NCBI GenBank assembly: GCA_045643785.1
Contig: JAZRFR010000031.1
Location: forward strand, 1 to 61,976
Source: Eubacteriales bacterium
Lineage (GTDB): Bacteria > Bacillota > Clostridia > Oscillospirales > CAG-272
DNA: 61,976 nucleotides
Reading direction: 5' to 3'
The stretch's first letter is position 1; every line of letters begins with the position of its first letter. The position numbers and the translations under genes were made by a program. Below, piece after piece: positions 36,665-45,487 of this stretch. Under the pieces are notes generated by a model. The model was not told the origin of the DNA and made no database searches. It was given only the letters and a program-made list of their open reading frames with translations.

Positions 36665-37900
36665 TCACAGAATCGCGGCGAATTCGCTCCTTTCAAGTCC
36701 GCTTTTTTCCTTGATTATTTTGATTGCCTGCTTCACACCCGATATCGACATGTTGGTTCTTTCGGCAATTTCCGCATCGGAGAGCTTAAAGGCGGCAAGA
36801 CGCGCGACCTCACGGTTCTGCTCGGAAAGCTTGGCGATGATCTGACGGCCGGTGATCTTGCTTCCCAGCTTTGCCCATCCTTCCGCGTAGATCTTGAACA
36901 GGCGATTGACCTCGTTCCACGCCGCTTCGTCCACGGGTCTTAACCGCATTTCAATCAGATTTCCGATGGTGCGGCAATACTCGGCAATCAGTCCGTAAAG
37001 CTTGTCGGGCAAGGCAAGCTCCAGCGCGCGGTCAATGTGGCGAACGGCTTGCTTATCGTTTTTGCTGTAATGGTAAATCACGGCGCAGGTAAAACGCAAA
37101 TAGATCTCTGCAATAACGGTTCCGTCAGCCTTTGCCTGCGAGATCATAGGCTCAATGGTAGCGGGAAGCAGCTTCATAAGGCTAAGACCCGATATGCCTT
37201 CCAAATCAACCTCTCCCGAAGCCACACCGCTTCCTACGGCGTATAAATATTTTGCGTAATACACCTTGGCCGCGGGCAAGGCGTCCTTGGGAAGAGGCTC
37301 AAAGCAGCCGAATTTGAACCACTCGGGAAAATTTTTTACGTCGTAGAGCATACTGTCAACGGCACAAATGGCAAGGGAAATACTGTCACGGTCGTAATCG
37401 TTTTTCGCCTTTGCCTCGGAGATATGCACCTTGGCTTTTCGCCACATTTCAAGGTCGCCCTGCCATATCGCGCAGAGGGCTAAAAGCATACCTGCGGAGA
37501 GGACCGCATAGAAGCCGGAGTGCTTATTCAATAAGTAGTTTGCGCTCTCATAGACCTTATCGATCTCGCCGCGCGAGTATGCCACCTCGGCATCGAAAAG
37601 TATGCGCGCTTCGGGATTATAGGCAAGACTTTCGCCCATCTCGTCGGCGGTTCCGGGCGTATGGTAAAGGTCACTCATATAGAGGAACGGCGTCTTGCGC
37701 GGCAGCGGCATATCCGCGTCTGCCAGTTTCTTTGCCGCCTTGGTTCTTCCGTCAACAGGCTTCTTGGCGTTCTTCGGGATCATCCAGACACGCGACAGTC
37801 GAACCGCGCCTTCGACTCTTCCGTTAGAACACAGAATCTGAACGCTTCTTGTGGAAATCCCCCACGATTTCGCTGCTTCATCTATACTCATATAATCCAT
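36665..37900 (-). CDS. Transcriptional regulator with MerR/excisionase-like N-terminal HTH, helical repeat middle and LuxR-type C-terminal HTH
   Basis: N-terminus MSIDEAAKSWGISTRSVQILCSNGRVEGAVRL. C-terminus REVARLAAFKLSDAEIAERTNMSISGVKQAIKIIKEKSG (LuxR/GerE type). Confidence 0.8.
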   Translation of the reverse strand: MDYMSIDEAAKSWGISTRSVQILCSNGRVEGAVRLSRVWMIPKNAKKPVDGRTKAAKKLADADMPLPRKTPFLYMSDLYHTPGTADEMGESLAYNPEARILFDAEVAYSRGEIDKVYESANYLLNKHSGFYAVLSAGMLLALCAIWQGDLEMWRKAKVHISEAKAKNDYDRDSISLAICAVDSMLYDVKNFPEWFKFGCFEPLPKDALPAAKVYYAKYLYAVGSGVASGEVDLEGISGLSLMKLLPATIEPMISQAKADGTVIAEIYLRFTCAVIYHYSKNDKQAVRHIDRALELALPDKLYGLIAEYCRTIGNLIEMRLRPVDEAAWNEVNRLFKIYAEGWAKLGSKITGRQIIAKLSEQNREVARLAAFKLSDAEIAERTNMSISGVKQAIKIIKEKSGLERSEFAAIL

Positions 37901-37998
37901 GGTTTCACCTCATACATGTGTTTGCCGCCATTCCCTCGGGAGAAAAACGGCACCTTTCGCCCAAGCGAAAGATACTATCATTCGTTCGAGCGAAATAT

Positions 37999-38027
37999 AT
38001 TATACACCCATTTTTACTTTTTGTCAA
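37999..38027 (-). promoter_or_regulatory. Consensus sigma-70 promoter of the regulator gene
   Basis: Minus strand reads TTGACA (38027-38022), 17-nt spacer, TATAAT (38004-37999). Confidence 0.6.
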
Positions 38028-38300
38028 TCCGCTTGGGAAAGGTTGGACGTTTTTCATCAAAAAGCACAAAAAAGCACAGATTCTTTTCGAATTGTTGCCC
38101 CCGTCAACTCCCATTCTGCCATGGGCTTGTCGCTGTGGATATTCTTTTTTGGAAATTTTCCGCGAGGGTATTGCAACTTCATTTTGTCATGCGCCACGCA
38201 CAATCTATGCTTTTTCAAATGAAATATTCGGCGTCGCCGAATGCGAAATCATTCACTTCGTGAATTGTGAAATAGCTTGCTTCGCCCCTCGGTCAAACCA

Positions 38301-38330
38301 AACAAAAAACCACCCGATTGGGTGGCTTTC
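38301..38330 (-). terminator. Rho-independent terminator following the structured element
   Basis: Minus strand has GCCACCC AATC GGGTGG followed by TTTTTTGTT. Confidence 0.65.
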
Positions 38331-38334
38331 TGTT

Positions 38335-38490
38335 TGGCTGGGGCACAGGGATTCGATTCTCGTCGCGACGACGCAAAGCCGAGTTTTGATTTCGGCTTTG
38401 CTTCGCTCCTCGGTCAGTCGCGGCTCTGACAGCCCACCGGGCTGTCATTCACTTCCGCTCCCCTTCGAATCCCTGTATTTTAATCCAGCC
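38335..38490 (-). other. ~155-nt hairpin-rich element that ends in an exact copy of the last 22 nt of tRNA-Gln (T-loop to CCA)
   Basis: Positions 38335-38356 are identical to 38529-38550 (tggctggggcacagggattcga). An inverted 12-mer (38345-38356 vs 38465-38476) and GGCTGG/CCAGCC (38336-41 / 38485-90) close the element. Internal hairpins: GCAAAGCCGA..TCGGCTTTGC and GACAGCCC..GGGCTGTC. Confidence 0.5.
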
Positions 38491-38528
38491 AAAAAGAGAA
38501 GGTAGCACGATGTGCTTCCTTCTCTTTT
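38491..38528 (-). terminator. Rho-independent terminator of tRNA-Gln
   Basis: Minus strand has AAAAGAGAAGG AAGCACATCGTGCTA CCTTCTCTTTT(T), directly after the CCA. Confidence 0.7.
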
Positions 38529-38604
38529 TGGCTGGGGCACAGGGATTCGAACCCCGGAAATGTCAGAGTCAGAGTCTGATGCCTTACCGCTTGGCGATGC
38601 CCCA
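38529..38604 (-). tRNA. tRNA-Gln (anticodon CTG), CCA encoded
   Basis: Reverse complement is TGGGGCATCGCCAAGCGGTAAGGCATCAGACTCTGACTCTGACATTTCCGGGGTTCGAATCCCTGTGCCCCAGCCA. It is near-collinear with E. coli tRNA-Gln: anticodon stem TCAGA/TCTGA, loop CTCTGAC. Confidence 0.93.
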
Positions 38605-38622
38605 CTATTTTCAACAGACGAT

Positions 38623-38651
38623 ATTATAGCAGATAACTTGGAATTTGTCAA
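38623..38651 (-). promoter_or_regulatory. Consensus sigma-70 promoter of tRNA-Gln
   Basis: Minus strand reads TTGACA (38651-38646), 17-nt spacer, TATAAT (38628-38623). The -10 ends ~19 nt before the tRNA 5' end. Confidence 0.65.
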
Positions 38652-38755
38652 GGGATTTTTTGAAAAAAGTTGAAATATTTTTCATCTTTTTTCGTTTTTT
38701 TCAATCATACGGCGCCCCCGACGCGTCCGATGGCCGACTTCGGGGGCGTATGTGA

Positions 38756-40018
38756 TCAGTTTTCCCGCTTTTGCCGCTCTTTAATCAAGGCAATCAACGA
38801 TTCATAGGTATTTTTTTCGGGGGCCTCCCACACGACGGTCAGCAGCTCCCACAGGATCTCCTGCAGAATCTTTCCCGGCTTGAAGCCCAGAGCAATGAGG
38901 TCGTTGCCGCTCACAGCCAAGTCCGAGATGCGAACGGGCTCCTTTTGTTCGATGGAAATTCCCACCAACTCAACCAACGCGCCGATCTCGGCGGTGTCGG
39001 CCTCCGCGCAAGCGAGTCGGACAGTCAGAGCAGACTGCGCCAGATCCCCCAGGTCATGCCGCCAACGGCGGGCAAAAGACGGTGTGGCCTCTATCTCCGC
39101 AGACGCGGACCGTGTGATCGTCAGTATATCCTTCCGCACCGCGTTGGAGAGGCGCAGACCCGCCAGATTTTTCTCCACCGCATCGCCGTCCATCCCCCAC
39201 GAAAGGGCGGCCATACGCAGAGTAAACTCCGCAGGCAGGACGGACAACCCGTTCACGCCGCGCGGAGATATCCCGCAGGGCAGAACGCAGGGCAGAAGCC
39301 CCGTTTGAGTCAAAAGCGAAATGCCGCGCTCGGGCTCGGGGCTGGTCAAAATCTTTTGGAATTCCTCGCTGACGCGCTCGCGGGAAATGCGCGCCAGACC
39401 GTCGGCGCACCGCCCCATGGCGGCGAAGGTATTCTCCTCCACCGAAAAGCCCAGCTTAACCGCGAAGCGCACCGCCCGCATGAGGCGCAGGGCATCCTCG
39501 GTAAAGCGGGTATCGGGGTCGCCCACGGCACGGATGATGCCGCTTTGCAGATCCTCGCGCCCACCGAAAAGGTCAAGCACCGCAAGACCTTCACCGTCCC
39601 CGTCAAAGGCCATGGCATTGACCGTAAAATCTCTGCGGGACAGGTCGTCCTCGATGCGCCCCGTGAAGGAGACCGCATCGGGATGCCGCCCGTCGGAGTA
39701 GCCTCCCTCGGTGCGGCAGGTGGTACATTCGATGAGATCGTAGGAGGACTCACGGTCGGCGGGATCTCCGCTGTGGGGAACGATCACGGTCACCGTTCCA
39801 TGCTTGAGTCCCGTGGGAATGGTGCGGTACCCCGCGGCATGGCAGATCTCCACCGTTCGTTCGGGGGCGGTGGTCACCGCCACGTCCCAATCGTGGGGCT
39901 TGAGTCCCATAAGGGTATCCCGCACGCAACCGCCGACGGGATAAGCGCGCTCACCGTGGGACGAAAACAGCACCAGCAGCGGACGCAAATAGGGGGGACA
40001 CGTGAACCTGCGCGGCAT
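38756..40018 (-). CDS. cca: CCA-adding tRNA nucleotidyltransferase (PolyA_pol family)
   Basis: AYPVGGCVRDTLMGLKPHDWDVAVT (GG.VRD...D.D motif) and RDFTVNAMA. Start set at ATG 40018 with GGAGG RBS; the ORF track gives 40081. Confidence 0.85.
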   Translation of the reverse strand: MPRRFTCPPYLRPLLVLFSSHGERAYPVGGCVRDTLMGLKPHDWDVAVTTAPERTVEICHAAGYRTIPTGLKHGTVTVIVPHSGDPADRESSYDLIECTTCRTEGGYSDGRHPDAVSFTGRIEDDLSRRDFTVNAMAFDGDGEGLAVLDLFGGREDLQSGIIRAVGDPDTRFTEDALRLMRAVRFAVKLGFSVEENTFAAMGRCADGLARISRERVSEEFQKILTSPEPERGISLLTQTGLLPCVLPCGISPRGVNGLSVLPAEFTLRMAALSWGMDGDAVEKNLAGLRLSNAVRKDILTITRSASAEIEATPSFARRWRHDLGDLAQSALTVRLACAEADTAEIGALVELVGISIEQKEPVRISDLAVSGNDLIALGFKPGKILQEILWELLTVVWEAPEKNTYESLIALIKERQKREN

Positions 40019-40056
40019 GAGATCGCCTCCTTTCCCACGGAATACGCGCATGTAAA

Positions 40057-40602
40057 TCAGGCGCGGCGGGCTTTTCGCCACGTCCGCAGATAGTAGATAC
40101 CAATGGACACCAGATTAAAGGACTCGGTCAAAAGTCCCGCAAAGGACAGGGTGACCACGTTATAGATCAGCCAGCAGGGAGATATGACCGCCAGCTGTGT
40201 GAGACGGATGGTATCCGTCTTTCCCGTCCACATACAGCCGATGCAGGCGAAATTGCCCAGAGTCGGCAAGAGGGCAATGAGCTTACCGGGGTAGGTCAGC
40301 ACCGCGACCACACCCACCGCCGCGCACAAGCCCGACATCACCAAGGGAGAGAGCAGATATTTCCGCTTTTCGGACAGGAACAGCACCACACGGAATAGGA
40401 GTCCCACCGCGTTCTGCGCCATGCCCGCGTACGCGGTCCCGTCGCCGCCCAGACCCAGAAACAGGTAATGCAGGGTGAACAGGGTACAGGAGCCGATCTG
40501 CAAAACAAACAGCCGCTTGGCATCCTTGAATTGAAAGGACAGTACGATGAGCGCCATAGCTACAAAGCCCAGAACCTGCCCTATGATGGTCAAATGATTC
40601 AT
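40057..40602 (-). CDS. YgjV-family inner membrane protein
   Basis: Five or six TM helices. MNHLTIIGQVLGFVAMALIVLSFQFKDAKRLFVLQ resembles the YgjV N-terminus. Start at ATG 40602 (GGAG 6 nt upstream). Confidence 0.65.
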   Translation of the reverse strand: MNHLTIIGQVLGFVAMALIVLSFQFKDAKRLFVLQIGSCTLFTLHYLFLGLGGDGTAYAGMAQNAVGLLFRVVLFLSEKRKYLLSPLVMSGLCAAVGVVAVLTYPGKLIALLPTLGNFACIGCMWTGKTDTIRLTQLAVISPCWLIYNVVTLSFAGLLTESFNLVSIGIYYLRTWRKARRA

Positions 40603-40818
40603 AAACATCTCCGTTCTGCCGTGTATTGACGGCACAAACAGTATACTTGCCCTTCATTATAGCACACAAACCAAAATTTGTAAAGGGCAAATTGCCGAAA
40701 ATCTGCGGAGCGCATTGACAGGTGGCGTTTGATATGGTAAAATGAAGCAAGACCCACACGGGCATTCACCTTTGCCCACGCTTTGTCATAACTGCCATAC
40801 ATAGAAAAGGATATTCCC

Positions 40819-41694
40819 ATGAACGCTACCCTGCTTGACCCCACCCGTACCGTCTACGAGCGCCTGACTCTGGACGAGGAACGCGCCCTGTACGGCATCA
40901 CCCACGCCACCGTGAAAAACTGCCTGTTCGACGGCCCCGCCGACGGCGAATCCGCCCTCAAGGAGGCCTCCGACGTCACCGTAGAAAACTGCGATTTCCG
41001 TCTCCGCTATCCTCTGTGGCACGTCCACGGCGGGCGCATGACGGGCTGTACCCTCACCGACACCTGCCGCGCCGCCCTGTGGTACGCCGCCGATATGACC
41101 ATTGAAAGCTCCACCCTCGGCGGCATCAAAGCCCTCCGCGAGTGTGACAACATGGCTCTTGTCGGCTGTACCGTGGACTCCGCCGAGTTCGGCTGGCTCT
41201 GCCGCGGCGTGGAGTTCACCGACTGCACGATGGCAGGGGAATACCCCTTCTTCATGACCCGCGGCCTGCATCTGCGCGGGGTGAAGCTGAAGGGCAAATA
41301 CTCCTTCCAGTACGTGGAAAATTGCACCATTGCCGACTCCTACTTGGACACCAAGGACGCCTTCTGGCACGCCAAGAACATCACCGTCACCGACAGCACC
41401 GTGAAGGGAGAGTACCTGGGCTGGTACTCCGAGGGGCTGACCCTCGTCCGTTGCCGCATCGAGGGCACCCAGCCCCTGTGCTACTGCAAGGATCTCACCC
41501 TCATCGACTGCGAGATGGTGGGCTGTGACCTGTCCTTTGAGAACAGCACCGTCACCGCCACCGTAAACGGTCACGTAGACAGCATCAAGAGCCCCGCATC
41601 GGGACGCATCGAGGTGGACTCGGTGGGCGAGATCGTCTACGAAAGAGCGCCCGTGGACGGGCAGGGGTGCGAGATCGTGATCCGAAATCCATAA
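40819..41694 (+). CDS. DUF3737-like beta-helix repeat protein
   Basis: EERALYG...GESALKEASDV...FRLRYPLWH...AALWY matches my recollection of the DUF3737 N-terminal signature. Periodic C/T-x-hydrophobic repeats. Confidence 0.65.
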   Translation: MNATLLDPTRTVYERLTLDEERALYGITHATVKNCLFDGPADGESALKEASDVTVENCDFRLRYPLWHVHGGRMTGCTLTDTCRAALWYAADMTIESSTLGGIKALRECDNMALVGCTVDSAEFGWLCRGVEFTDCTMAGEYPFFMTRGLHLRGVKLKGKYSFQYVENCTIADSYLDTKDAFWHAKNITVTDSTVKGEYLGWYSEGLTLVRCRIEGTQPLCYCKDLTLIDCEMVGCDLSFENSTVTATVNGHVDSIKSPASGRIEVDSVGEIVYERAPVDGQGCEIVIRNP

Positions 41695-41930
41695 TCCATA
41701 ATACAAAAGGGACTTAACCGCTTGGTTGAGTCCCTTTCGTCAGCCATTCCCGCAACCGTGTCTCGAGGGGAAATCAGAAACCGAACGATTCTTTTGTACT
41801 CGTGCTACCTTTTTTTAACCGCGAGTTAACCGGAGGTTTCCTAACAATACCTTTACGAAATCTGTTTTTATGTTATAATATAAGCAGAAGCAGACGTCGG
41901 CTTACTTTTTATCTCAATGGAGGTATGATT

Positions 41931-43001
41931 ATGAAAATGACTATCGGCGCAAACATCAAGCGTTTGCGCACGGCTAAAAACATCACGCAAGAACAGCTCT
42001 CGGTGGCCATGAACGTTACCTGCGCCGCCGTCAGTAAATGGGAGCGAGGCGAGACCTATCCCGACATTACGCTCCTGCAACCGTTGGCTTATTTCTTTGG
42101 GGTAACGCTCGACGAACTTATGGGTTACAATCAAGAAAAGATTCAAGCCGAGATTGACGAAGTAATTGCTCTGTACAGGAAGCATTGGAACGACGAGAAG
42201 GGACGCGAGACGATCGTCAAAGCATACCGCGATTATCCGAATGATTATTGGATCATGCACTACTATATGTGGAATGTTGGGGGTGATCTGGCTGATAACG
42301 ACCCTGCCGTTCTGATCGCGCACAAGGATGAGTTTCTTTCCATCTGCGAAAAGATTCTTGAAGGCTGTACCGAAGAAAGGTTGCGACTCGGCGCATGGAA
42401 TATGCGCGCCAAGATTCTGCACGCAGAAGGCAAGACGGATGAGGCTCTTGAAATATACAAAACAAAATTTATGGATTGGTTCACTACAGGACAACAGAAA
42501 ACCGAGCAGCTGTTTGCCAAAGACACAAGCGAATATTACTTCCACGTCCGGAAGAACATGTTTGAGCTTGTGGATTTCGCGGCAGATAAGCTTGGCAGAA
42601 GCGTGTTTTTCGATCCTGCACTTTCCCCGACAGAAAAAGCGGAGCGTGCATTACAGTATGGTGACCTGATGCTGTCCGCATTTGAGAAAACCGGCGAGGC
42701 ATTTTTCCTTATGCTCGCAAGATCTTTCCTTGAAAGAACGGAAAATGATCTGTCGTACCGCGGCGGAACAGATGAGCAGGTAATCGCGGTTATGGATAAA
42801 AATTTGTACGCGATGAAAAAGACTGAAGAATTGCGAGTAGAAAACGAGGCATTGAATCGCGCCTTTGACCGTTATGGAGAAGCGAAAAGAGGTAACATCT
42901 TCAAATCCAATCTTGAATATCGCGCCAACGCTACGAGCGGCAGACGCGCCGAACTTCTTAAAAATCCTGATTACAAAGCCGTTTTAGATAAGTATATATA
43001 A
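41931..43001 (+). CDS. XRE-family HTH regulator with a TPR-like helical C-terminal domain
   Basis: IGANIKRLRTAKNITQEQLSVAMNVTCAAVSKWERGETYPDITLLQPLAYFFGVTLDELMG. Start at ATG 41931 (GGAGG 7 nt upstream). Confidence 0.8.
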   Translation: MKMTIGANIKRLRTAKNITQEQLSVAMNVTCAAVSKWERGETYPDITLLQPLAYFFGVTLDELMGYNQEKIQAEIDEVIALYRKHWNDEKGRETIVKAYRDYPNDYWIMHYYMWNVGGDLADNDPAVLIAHKDEFLSICEKILEGCTEERLRLGAWNMRAKILHAEGKTDEALEIYKTKFMDWFTTGQQKTEQLFAKDTSEYYFHVRKNMFELVDFAADKLGRSVFFDPALSPTEKAERALQYGDLMLSAFEKTGEAFFLMLARSFLERTENDLSYRGGTDEQVIAVMDKNLYAMKKTEELRVENEALNRAFDRYGEAKRGNIFKSNLEYRANATSGRRAELLKNPDYKAVLDKYI

Positions 43002-43011
43002 TATTTCTCTT

Positions 43012-43036
43012 GCCCCGCCTCGCGCGGGGCTTTTGC
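43012..43036 (+). terminator. Rho-independent terminator
   Basis: GCCCCGC CTCGC GCGGGGC followed by TTTTGCTT. Confidence 0.7.
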
Positions 43037-43050
43037 TTGTTGGCTGTGTT

Positions 43051-44157
43051 TTAATTCACCAACTCCCCCCTCAACCACGCCCGCCATTCCTCGGGGTATA
43101 GCGTATCGTACACCGCCAAGAGATCCGCGGGGGTCACCTCTCCGTCGCCGTCCATATCTCCCGCTTGACCGACACGCATACCTTCCCTCTCCACCGCCAC
43201 CGCCTTGGGCGCACCGCCCTCATCCGCCCCCCCCCAGCTCTCACCAAAGGGGAGCAAAGCGTCATGGAATCCCGCCAACGCCGCCTCCCCCTCGGACTCA
43301 AAGCGGGTATCGGTACAGGTATGCCCCGCCGCGCAGGAGTAGCCGTGGTAGCCCAGCGCTTCCATGCCCGCATCGGATCGAAGCAAGCGCAGATGATTGA
43401 CCTCCTCACTCCCCTCGGCGGAGGGAATGGGATCGTCACGGGTCACGTCCACGTGGTACCAGACCCCATCCACCTTCACGTGATTCCAAGCGTGATCCAT
43501 GGCATCCGAGGAGACGAAATCCGCCTCCAGCCCCGCCCCCCGCGCCAAGGCGAGAAAGGCCAGGGCATAGGCCTGGCAGATGCCCACGCCGTCACGGAAA
43601 AAAGAGTGCGCATCGGCATTCGCCCCGGTAGAACGGGTATCGTAGGCATAGCGGTCAGCCAAATAGTCGTGGAGGTACAGCACGGTCTCGGCTTCACCCC
43701 GAGACCGACCCCCAAAGGCCGCCTCCATCTCGTTCAGAATCCCCGAAATGCTGTCCCGATACAGGGAACGGGCAGTGGCCAGCTCATTCCCTGACAGCGT
43801 ATAGGACGGGTAGACCTCGGTCACGAGACGAACCGTCCCCCCGTTTCCGACGACCTCCCGCGAGGTATAGGACAGCCGTAGGGCTACGTGAAACAGCTCG
43901 GGGTATCCGTACAGCAGATTAGCATACACCCGCCCCAGCTCCGCCACGGGCAAGGCGTATTCCGTCAGATCGATCACCTCCTCGCAGGCTAGAAGCCCCG
44001 TCAAAAGCGCCTCGGGCACCGTTTCGGGCGGTGTCCCCTCCGCCGCAGAAGCGGGCAGAGAACAACGCCCCCACCACCCAAACAGAAACGCAACCGTCAG
44101 AAGCAGTACGGTTGCGTTTTTTGCATATCCTGTTTTTTGGTTGAGACTTCCCCTCAC
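43051..44157 (-). CDS. Secreted transglutaminase-like cysteine protease-fold protein with a C-terminal dockerin/EF-hand-like segment
   Basis: GICQAYALAFLALARGAGLEA...DHAWNHVKVDGVWYHVDVT (Cys-His-Asp core). C-terminus GDMDGDGEVTPADLLAVYD (dockerin-type Ca-binding loop). Signal peptide. Confidence 0.75.
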   Translation of the reverse strand: MRGSLNQKTGYAKNATVLLLTVAFLFGWWGRCSLPASAAEGTPPETVPEALLTGLLACEEVIDLTEYALPVAELGRVYANLLYGYPELFHVALRLSYTSREVVGNGGTVRLVTEVYPSYTLSGNELATARSLYRDSISGILNEMEAAFGGRSRGEAETVLYLHDYLADRYAYDTRSTGANADAHSFFRDGVGICQAYALAFLALARGAGLEADFVSSDAMDHAWNHVKVDGVWYHVDVTRDDPIPSAEGSEEVNHLRLLRSDAGMEALGYHGYSCAAGHTCTDTRFESEGEAALAGFHDALLPFGESWGGADEGGAPKAVAVEREGMRVGQAGDMDGDGEVTPADLLAVYDTLYPEEWRAWLRGELVN

Positions 44158-45275
44158 CGTCCCCCCGCGTGCGCGCGGGCGCGGGTCAGAGCCTCGGGAA
44201 GGAATTCGTTCAAGGCGCGGACGGTGACGGAGTCCTTGCCGTTGAAGCCCGTCACGGTATCGGCGGCGATCATGGAGTTATAGATCGCCTCCTCCACGCA
44301 CTCGGCTACGGCGGTAAAGGCGGTCTCCAGCTTGCCGTCGTTCAGAACCTCCACGGTGCGGGTAATTCCATCATCCCCACAGCGGCCGTTACCACGGCGG
44401 TTAGCCGTAGTAAAACCGATGACCACGTCACCGCTACCGTGGCCGACGTAGGAGCCCGTACGGGCCAGCCCCACGGCGGCGCGACGGAGAATACGGGTGA
44501 GCTGCAGCTCGGACACGGGGAGATCGGTGCCCACGATGATCATGATGGAGCCGATATCGTCCTGCCCCGTGATGGCCTCGGCGCGGCGAGCGTCTTCTTC
44601 ATGGATCAGATCCACCACGGCGCGCCCCACGGGCAGGCCGTCCAGCCGCAGATGCTCCACGCACCCGAAGTTGGTCTGCACCAGCACACCCAGCGTAAAG
44701 GTTCTGTCCCCCATTTCCAGGAGGCGGGAGGCCGAGCCGATTCCGCCCTTGAGGCCGAAGCACACGGTTCCCTTCCCCGCGCCCACGTCACCCTCGGAAA
44801 AATCCTTGCAGGCGGTTGCGATGGCCGCATCCAGGTGCGTCTTATCGGCGGGGCGGTCGTTGTTGGCGCACAGCGTCCCGTCGTTGGTCTCTCCCACCAC
44901 GGGATTGACCGAGCGGCAGGTCTTGCCCTCCGCATCGCATTGCTCAATGGTGTAGCTCACCAGGGCGTCGTGGATCTTGCCCACGTTCAAAGTTCCCGTC
45001 AGGGCGATGGGGGTCTCCAGAGTCCCCAGCTCCTGCACCTGCATGAGACCCGCGGACTTGCCGTAGCCGTTGATGACGTGGCAGGAGGCAGTAAGGGGTT
45101 GGGTATACAGGTTGCCCTCGGCGGGGAGGATCACCGTCATGCCGGTCTTTTGGCGGTCGGTGTCAATGGTACAGTGTCCAACGCGAACGCCTGGGACGTC
45201 GGTGATCTTATTGAGCGTACCCGTGGGCAGAGAGCCGACGGTAATGCCGAAATCGCGGATGCGGGTGGGGTTCAT
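44154..45275 (-). CDS. DmpA/P1 (S58) family aminopeptidase
   Basis: N-terminus RIRDFGITVGSLPTGTLNKITDVPGVRVGHCT. The GxS/T autoprocessing region GGIGSAS and overall length are typical of S58. Confidence 0.75.
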   Translation of the reverse strand: MNPTRIRDFGITVGSLPTGTLNKITDVPGVRVGHCTIDTDRQKTGMTVILPAEGNLYTQPLTASCHVINGYGKSAGLMQVQELGTLETPIALTGTLNVGKIHDALVSYTIEQCDAEGKTCRSVNPVVGETNDGTLCANNDRPADKTHLDAAIATACKDFSEGDVGAGKGTVCFGLKGGIGSASRLLEMGDRTFTLGVLVQTNFGCVEHLRLDGLPVGRAVVDLIHEEDARRAEAITGQDDIGSIMIIVGTDLPVSELQLTRILRRAAVGLARTGSYVGHGSGDVVIGFTTANRRGNGRCGDDGITRTVEVLNDGKLETAFTAVAECVEEAIYNSMIAADTVTGFNGKDSVTVRALNEFLPEALTRARAHAGGR

Positions 45276-45487
45276 AGAAAGCCTCCGAGGTTATTTTTCT
45301 TAATGATAGCATACGCGGGAGAAAAAGTCAATATTCACGCAGAAATATGGGGAAAGGATTCGTAAAAAAAGCAAAAAATCCCAAAATCATCTTGCAAAAA
45401 TCCGTACAACATGGTATAATAGAACTACTTGTGGGATACCCCCACCTCAAACGTAAAAAATTTTTGATTCAGATAGGAGAACCTACC

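Noticed and set aside
5924-37900. Genomic island or prophage integrated at tRNA-Gln
   Set aside because: No integrase, excisionase, transposase or phage structural genes were recognised. GC content and codon style look host-like by eye. I found the duplicated tRNA 3' end only 194 bp from the tRNA, not at the far end of the accessory region. A whole-genome search for the 22-mer would be needed to exclude an island formally.
38335-38490. Possibility that the tRNA-like element is tmRNA, SRP RNA or a second tRNA
   Set aside because: It is too short for tmRNA, which also requires a GGGG...G:U acceptor stem and a resume codon/tag ORF. There is no SRP domain IV GGAA/AGCA motif. There is no cloverleaf: only the 3' 22 nt of tRNA-Gln are present, and the T-stem 5' strand is missing.
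37849-38505. Plus-strand ORFs (218, 200 and 107 aa) across the regulator-tRNA intergenic region
   Set aside because: They span a consensus minus-strand promoter, terminators and the tRNA-related element. They have no RBS and odd composition, and are most likely non-coding.
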